Of a stretch of DNA of 64,000 nt, positions 56,463 to 64,000 are shown in pieces. The stretch comes from the human T2T-CHM13v2.0 reference genome, Homo sapiens: NCBI RefSeq assembly GCF_009914755.1, contig NC_060929.1. One strand, 5' to 3'. The notes beneath the pieces were generated by a model that had not been told where the DNA came from, did not search any database, and saw only the letters and a program-made list of their open reading frames with translations. Positions within the stretch are counted from its first letter, which is position 1; the number at the start of each line of letters is the position of its first letter. The translations under genes were made by a program, and so were the position numbers.

Positions 56463-56744
56463 GTGAGAGAGATTCTCACTCTTTTGCCCAGGCTGGAATG
56501 CAGAGGCATGATTATACATCATCATACTCTCAAATTCCTGGGCACAAATGATCCTTCTGCCTCAGCTTCCTGAGTAGCTAGGACTACAGGCACATACCAC
56601 CACACCCAGCTAATTTGTTTTTTGGTAGAGACAGGGTCTTGCTATGTTGCCCAGGCTGCTCTTGGACACCTGGCCTCAACCAATTCTCCTGCCTTGGCAT
56701 CCCAAAGTGCTTGTATAACAGGCATAAGCCCACCATACCTGGCC
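56443..56744 (-). mobile_element. AluJ
   Basis: Diverged Alu dimer (agacagggtcttgctatgttgcccaggctg). Confidence 0.9.
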
Positions 56745-57052
56745 TCAATAATGTGTATATACTTAATATATGTAAGTATAGTATATACATATGTGTATGT
56801 GCACACTTAAATATAAGTGAAAAGAATAACAGAAATGATACAAGTGGCAGGAGGAAAGAACTAGGAATATCTTATTATTATAAGATACTTGCACTAGATG
56901 TTAAATGGTATAGTGTGATTTGAAAGTGGAAGTGAATTGGTTGAATATGTATATTGCAAATTCCAGGAATACCACTGAATAAAAGTAATTTAAAAAGAGT
57001 GTAGTTGATATATGATAGAATAGGAAATTGGAACATTAAAAATGCTCAATTA

Positions 57053-57782
<730 letters not shown>

Positions 57783-57927
57783 AACATCAATGTTTTAAAT
57801 CCACCAATTAAAAGCTAGGGATTGTCAAAGTTCATCAAAAAACGATAACCAATTATGTGATATTTATGAGAAATCCACTTTAAATATAAATACATGTATA
57901 GTTTAAAAGTAAAGGAGTGGAAATGAA

Positions 57928-58040
57928 TTAGGTTGGTGCAAATGTAATTGCGATTTTTGCCATTCAAAATAATGCCATTACTTTTGCCATTGCCATTACT
58001 TTTAATGGCAAAAATCGCAATTACTTTTGCACCATCATAA
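57928..58040. mobile_element. MADE1 (Hsmar1 mariner MITE), internally expanded to 113 bp
   Basis: TIRs ttaggttggtgcaaatgtaattgcgatttttgccatt / aatggcaaaaatcgcaattacttttgcaccatcataa, followed by TA. Confidence 0.93.
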
Positions 58041-61000
58041 TAATATGTTAACATTAAACAAAACAGTAGAAGTGGCTATATTAATTTCAGACAGAACTGA
58101 CTCAAGAGCAAGGGAAGCTATTAGGGCTAAAGAAGGGCATTACACAATAACAAAGGGGAAAATACTCCAAGAAGACATAACAATCCTTTATACGTATGTT
58201 CCCAGCAGAAGGGCATCATGTAAAGCAAAAACTTATAGAACGACAGGTAGAAATAGATAAATTAATGATAGCACTTGGACACCTTAACACTCCTCTATGA
58301 GAAATAGATCCCACAGGCAGAAAATCAATTAGGACATAGGAGAACTCAATAGCACTATCAATAAACTGGCTATAATGGACATCTATAGACTATTTATACA
58401 AAAACAGTGGATTACACATTTTTCTTAAGCTTACATGAAACATTTACCAGGATAGACCTCATTTGGGGCCATGAAACTCACCCTAACAAATTTAAAAGAA
58501 TAAAAATCATACAATGTGTGCTCTCAGGCTACAATGGAATTAAACTAGAAATTAATATCAAGAAGACAATTGTAACCCCTCAAATACTTACATATTAAAA
58601 AACACATGTCTAAAAACACATTGGTACATTTTAAGTGAAAACAGAAACTCAACATGTCAAAATTTGTGGGATGCAGGGAAAGCAGTGTTTAATGGGAAAT
58701 TTATACTATTGAATGTATACATTAGTAAAGAAGATCTAAAATCAATAATCTAAGCTCTCACCTTAGAAAAACTAGAAAATTAAAGCAAATTAAATCCAAA
58801 GTAAGGAAAAGAATAGGTAATAATAAAAATTAGAGTAGAAATCAATAAAGTAGAAACAGGAAATGACAGAAAATCAATAAAACCAAAAGCTGGTTCTTTG
58901 AAAAAATCAATAAAATTGAAGAGAATCTAGCCAAGCTCATGAAGAATAAAAACAGAAGACACAAATTACTAGTATCAGAAATAAAAGAGAGAGCATCACT
59001 ACAGATCTTATGGACATTAACATGATAATAAATGAATATTATGAACAATTCTATGCCCACAAATTTCATAACCTAGACAAAATGGACAAATTCCTTGAAA
59101 GACACAATCTGCCAAAACCGATGCAAGAAATAGACAATCTGAATAGGCTTATACTTAAAAATTGAATCAACAATTGATTATCTTCCAAAGCAGGAAGTAG
59201 TAGGCCCAACTGGGTTGGCTGGTAAATTCTACCAAAAACATGTGAAGAAGAAATTATACAAATTCTCTACAATTATTTTGCAGAAGATAGAATCAGAGGG
59301 GCTACTTTCTCACTCATTCTATGAGGACAGCATTACCCTGATACCAAAATCAGACAGCCATTAGAAGAAAAGAAAAGTATAATTCAATAACTCTCATGAA
59401 CATTGATAGAAAAATCTTCAACAAAACATTAGCGAATATAATACAACAATGTATTAAAATAATTATACCCCAACTGGGATGTATATCAGATATATAAAAC
59501 TGATTGAATTTTTTAAAATCAATTAATTTAGTCATCACATTAGTGGGCTAAATGAGAAAAATAAAACTCAACAATAAGAAATTTAACAACCTGATTGAAA
59601 AATGGGCAAAAGACCTGAATAGACACCTCACTAAAGATATGTAAATGGCAAATTATCATTAAGAAAAGACATTCAACATTACATATCATTTGGAATTTCA
59701 AATTAAAACTATAATGAGATACCATTACATACCTATACAAATGACCAAAATCCAAAATACTGACAACACCAAATACCAGTGAGGATATGTGGCAGCAGGA
59801 GCTCTTGTTTATGGCTGGTGAGAATGTAAAATGGTACAGCCACTTTAGAAGATACATGGTAGTGTTTTACAAAACCATACTGTTACCATATAATCCAGCA
59901 ATTGCACTTTTTCGTATTAAGTCAAATGAATTGAAAATTTGGTATTTTCCCAAATGAATCCAAATAAATTGAAAAATCTGTATTTAAAGTAGCTGTACAC
60001 ATAGTTGCCAAAGCTTGGAAGGAAACAAAATATCCTCCAGTGGCCAAGTAGATAAATTATGGTACATCTAGACAATGGAATATTATTTAGTGCTGAAAAG
60101 AAATGAGCTATCAAGCCATGTAAAGACATGGAGGGAACATGAAGGCATATTACTATGTGAAAGAAGCCAATCTGAAAAGGAAACATACAGTATGATATCA
60201 ACTATATGACATTCTGGAGAAGGTAAAACTATGAAGACCGTAAAGAAATCAGTGGTTGCAGGGATTAGGGGGAGGAAGGAATGAATAGGTAGGCAGAGCA
60301 TAGAGGATTTTTAGAGCAGTGAAGCTGTTCTGCACATACTGCAAAGATGGATACATGTAATTATACATATTTCAAATCCCATTCAATGTACACCAAGAAT
60401 GAATCCTAACATAAACTATTGACTTTAGATGACAATAACTTGTCAATGTATATTCATCAATCATAAAAATGTACCCCTCTGATGTAGGATGTTGGTAATG
60501 GGAAAGGTCATGAATGGGTGGGTACAGGATATATGAAAACACTCTGTGCTTTTTGCTGAATTTTGCTGTAACCTAATATTACTCTAAAACATAAAGTTTA
60601 TTAGTTAAAAAAATTAACAGTCACTTCATTGCTTTGTTTTTACTATCTCAACCATATTGCTTTTAAATGGTTGAATTTAAAAATATTCAGTTGATTCAAT
60701 TAACTCATTAATCAGATATTTTCCTCTCCACTTTCTTCCCTTTCTTTCATATGCATGATATTTAGTTTTATAGACTTACAAAAGGATACATATTCAACTA
60801 TTTGTTGACATTTTCTCCTATTACTTCACCAAGATAAAGATATACTTGTTTATACTTCCTCATCTGGTCTTTTCAAATAATTTATTTTTATTGTCTGTAC
60901 TGACAGATACCTTCAAGTTCGTTATAACATGGTAAGGAGGGGCCTTTTTAACCAAGTGAGGAATCTTAACCCTTACCTTTGTGCTTCCTACTAGAAACAG

Positions 61001-61149
61001 CCTAGAAGGTGCTGAAATGCAGACTCACAGCTATAAACTGGCAACCATATTTTATCACTGAAGTGACTAGATTTTGTCATTCTAAAGTTACTCACCAGTA
61101 CCAGTAGAGATAAATTTGAAAGGTTATGTGTCCTACATGTAGGTTACAT

Positions 61150-61300
61150 TAAAAAACAGATTTTGGAATCAAAAATAGACTTCAGAATCAAATTAAGTGT
61201 CTATCACACACTAAATGTGTGACATAAGCAAATTACTTAACATGTATAACTTCCCCATTTGTGGATGAAAATAGCCCTAAAGAGTTCACTTATATTTGGT
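61150..61300 (+). mobile_element. MIR SINE, diverged
   Basis: ttttggaatca...tgtgtgacataagcaaattacttaac...ttccccatttgt. Confidence 0.6.
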
Positions 61301-62589
61301 ACATAGACAGTGTATGTAAAACTCTTTCCATTAAAAAATAGCACCTTATAAGTACCTGATAAATTGTAACCATATCTCCCTAGATAAAAGAAATAGACCC
61401 TTCAAATCCTTTTGTTAGAGGTAGGAATTGCACCAGAATTGGGGTGAATTTCTGTTGTGTTTATTAAAAGTAAATCCTGGTATAATTGCCGTATAAATGG
61501 TTTGACTTTAAAAATATTCAGTTGATTCAAATCCTTAAAAAGAAAAGAAGGTAAAGTCCATAAATAGGTTGAGAGGGTATCACTCTATGTTACACACAAT
61601 AATCTCTTGAGTGAACTTCTGAGATAGCATAAGATAACAAACACTAAATGGAAGCATCCATTTCTACTCCAAGGTAATGTCTCATTTGACAGCAGTGCTA
61701 GAGATTGGGACTTTGGCAGAACAGCTGTGAATCTTGAGGTGAAATCCCAAGAGCCCTCTTTCTATACAGGATGCTCAGGGTAACACATGTTCTACATGGA
61801 TGAGAGATTAGCATGCCACAAACCACCCCATGAAAAACAATACCAGCAGAGCACACAGTCAGTACTAAGCAGTTATCAATGTAACCACAACACGAAAGCA
61901 GACCTGGATAGCTCAACTGTTAGACAGCACCCACAAATTACTACAACAGATTTCAAGAAGAGGCTCCGAAAACTCAACTATAGAAACAATCATCAAAGGA
62001 TTGGAAATTTTCCTTGCAGAGGGACACTGGGAGTCTGTGGCACATGTGGGGTTTCGATTCACTGTAATTTTCCTGTTCCAGGGAACAATTATATATTGAA
62101 TATTTTTAATAATGTTGTGCTGTGTTATTGTGAATATATTTGTAAGCTGAGATTCAGGATGCTGCCATACTATAAGGCTGTCAAGTGGTGAGACTAGACC
62201 AAGTTTCTGGGTAAGGAAGTAATCTGAGATAGTCACCTTTTAAAAATAATCTAGTTTTGTTTTTTTCTTTCTTGTTTGTTGTTTTTAGTTTTTGTAATAA
62301 CATATTTCATAAAGAGGATTCGTAAGTATGACTGTAGTTCTCTCAAAATATGAATCCCTTTTAATAAACGATTTTAGCTATACTAGCAGACTAGTTACAA
62401 TTTATATTATACTCTGTATCCAAATTCATTTTGACAGTGCCCAACAAATTGCTCAGTTATCTGACTTCCTACCCAAGGAAAACATATTAATCTAAAAAGT
62501 TGAAATCCATTTCCAAAATGGCTAAAATAATTTGGGAGTGGGCTGGCATTAGAATAATTTGTCTAAAGAGATTTAATTTATGCTATATT

Positions 62590-62790
62590 TTTCATTGTCT
62601 GTTTATAAACCTGATTTATGAGAAACATCATCTAGAAAACACTATTAGCCTTCCCATTTTACAGATATAAAACTGGAATTGTGAGGAATAAGATGTTTTG
62701 TCATAATTCATCTTGCAAAATGATGACAAAATTGAATAGCAAATGTAGATGTCCAAATTCTATTTTAATTTTCATTGTGCCAGGCTCCCT
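62590..62790 (-). mobile_element. MIR SINE, diverged
   Basis: cccattttacagatataaaactg core. Confidence 0.5.
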
Positions 62791-63274
62791 TTTTGCTTGT
62801 ATATTACAATAAATATCTCAGAACTGCTAGCTTAGGGAAGCTATTGCAGAAACTTAATATCCTCAAAGAAAATTAATATTGCTATCCTACTAAAAGGATT
62901 TGAAAGTGAAAAGACTTAGCAGACATGTATTGAGCTAAACACTTAAAGACTAAATAAAAAATAATAGAAGTGATTATGTGGGACATATATTTATTCATTC
63001 AACATAATCAATTTAAAATTTTTATAAGAACTCAAACTGTCTTCACAGAAACTGACTTTGTCATGAAACATTTGTTTCCTTTATAAATAAATCGTTATTT
63101 TATCAAAAGAACTGTCAATATAGTTTATGTAAATGGAATATTTATAAGAATGAAAGTTGCATTTTCTAAACTGTGAACTAGGCAAAAGTGATCTTCTGGA
63201 GTGACCTTGTGTATTAGCTCCGATTCCCATCTTTCTTAAAGAGAGACTTTCGTGTGATTGGCTGTAGGTTTCTT

Positions 63275-63645
63275 GAGGGCTTATAGGCAGCTCTGTGATA
63301 TAGAAGTAGAAAATAAATACTGTACTTGTCCACACAAAGTTGTTCAGCAAAATCGGATTTAAAATAGATGAAATAAGGTTAAAAAGATGAGAGGACATAC
63401 AATTGGATGATAAATATAACATGAAAAAAGACGAAAAGAAAAAGCTTTTGCATTAGTTATCTTTCCTGATCCTCTCCTAATGCAAAAGCTTTTTCTTTTC
63501 TTCTCTTTTCATTCATTTCTCCTCCAATCTTACCTCTGCTCATCCTTTTATCTTTATTTCATTTTACATTCATTATTGCTAAACAGATTTGTGTGGACAA
63601 GTATGGCATTTATTTTCTACTTCTATGTCACAGAGCTACCCATAA
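63275..63645. repeat. Long inverted repeat (two ~175-bp arms, 20-nt spacer)
   Basis: Arms align by eye end to end. Inner 24 bp are a perfect inverted match (63433-63456 / 63477-63500). Confidence 0.92.
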
Positions 63646-63776
63646 AGTAGGCTTAATACCTGGGTGATGAAATAATCTGTACAACAAATCCCCATGACAC
63701 ATGTTTACCTATGTAACAAACCTGCACATCCTGCACATGTACCCCTGAACTTAAAAGTTAAAAAAAAAAAAGAAAA
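63646..63776 (+). mobile_element. ~130-bp L1PA13-16-type 3' end with A-tail
   Basis: ggcttaatacctgggtgatgaaataatctgtacaacaaa...cacatgtacccctgaacttaaaagttaaaaaaaa. Confidence 0.9.
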
Positions 63777-64000
63777 AGCCCTTGCCATATGTCTAATATA
63801 ATATGAAGTGGCAAAAAGAAGGCAAAATATATTAGTGGGACACTGAGTTAAATAGATTGGGGAAAATATAGAACCTTTTCAATAAAATGCATTTTAATTT
63901 ATGTAACTAATAAAAAAATGGAAGCCCCAGGACAGTTTAATGCATTTTTCCCATAAAGAATTTCAACTTACAGCTACTGAGGGTCCAAGTTTCTGTTTAG

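Overview
AT-rich, repeat-dense primate (most likely human) genomic DNA with no convincing host protein-coding exon, RNA gene or CpG island. It looks like a gene desert or a large intron. Most of the window is nested transposable elements: a MaLR (THE1/MST) internal region plus LTR at the left edge, several old L1M elements, a 3'-deleted L1PB-like element, a full-length ~6.16 kb L1PA3/L1PA4-type LINE-1 (35327-41488, with TSD, broken ORF1/ORF2, an open ORF0 homologue and the 129-bp ZNF93-type segment), a decayed class I ERV (gag-pro-pol-env remnant) with a MER52-type 3' LTR but no 5' LTR, several solo LTRs, about 10 Alus, MER30, MADE1, MIRs and L2. Nearly all ORF-track entries are repeat-derived. 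Subfamily names are from recalled consensus sequences, not from a search. I found no well-supported new biological system. The best unexplained structures are a ~370-bp foldback inverted repeat near 63.3-63.6 kb, an internally expanded MADE1 (miR-548-like) hairpin, a perfect AT-rich palindrome at 32.4 kb and a dispersed ~36-bp direct repeat at 60.7/61.5 kb.
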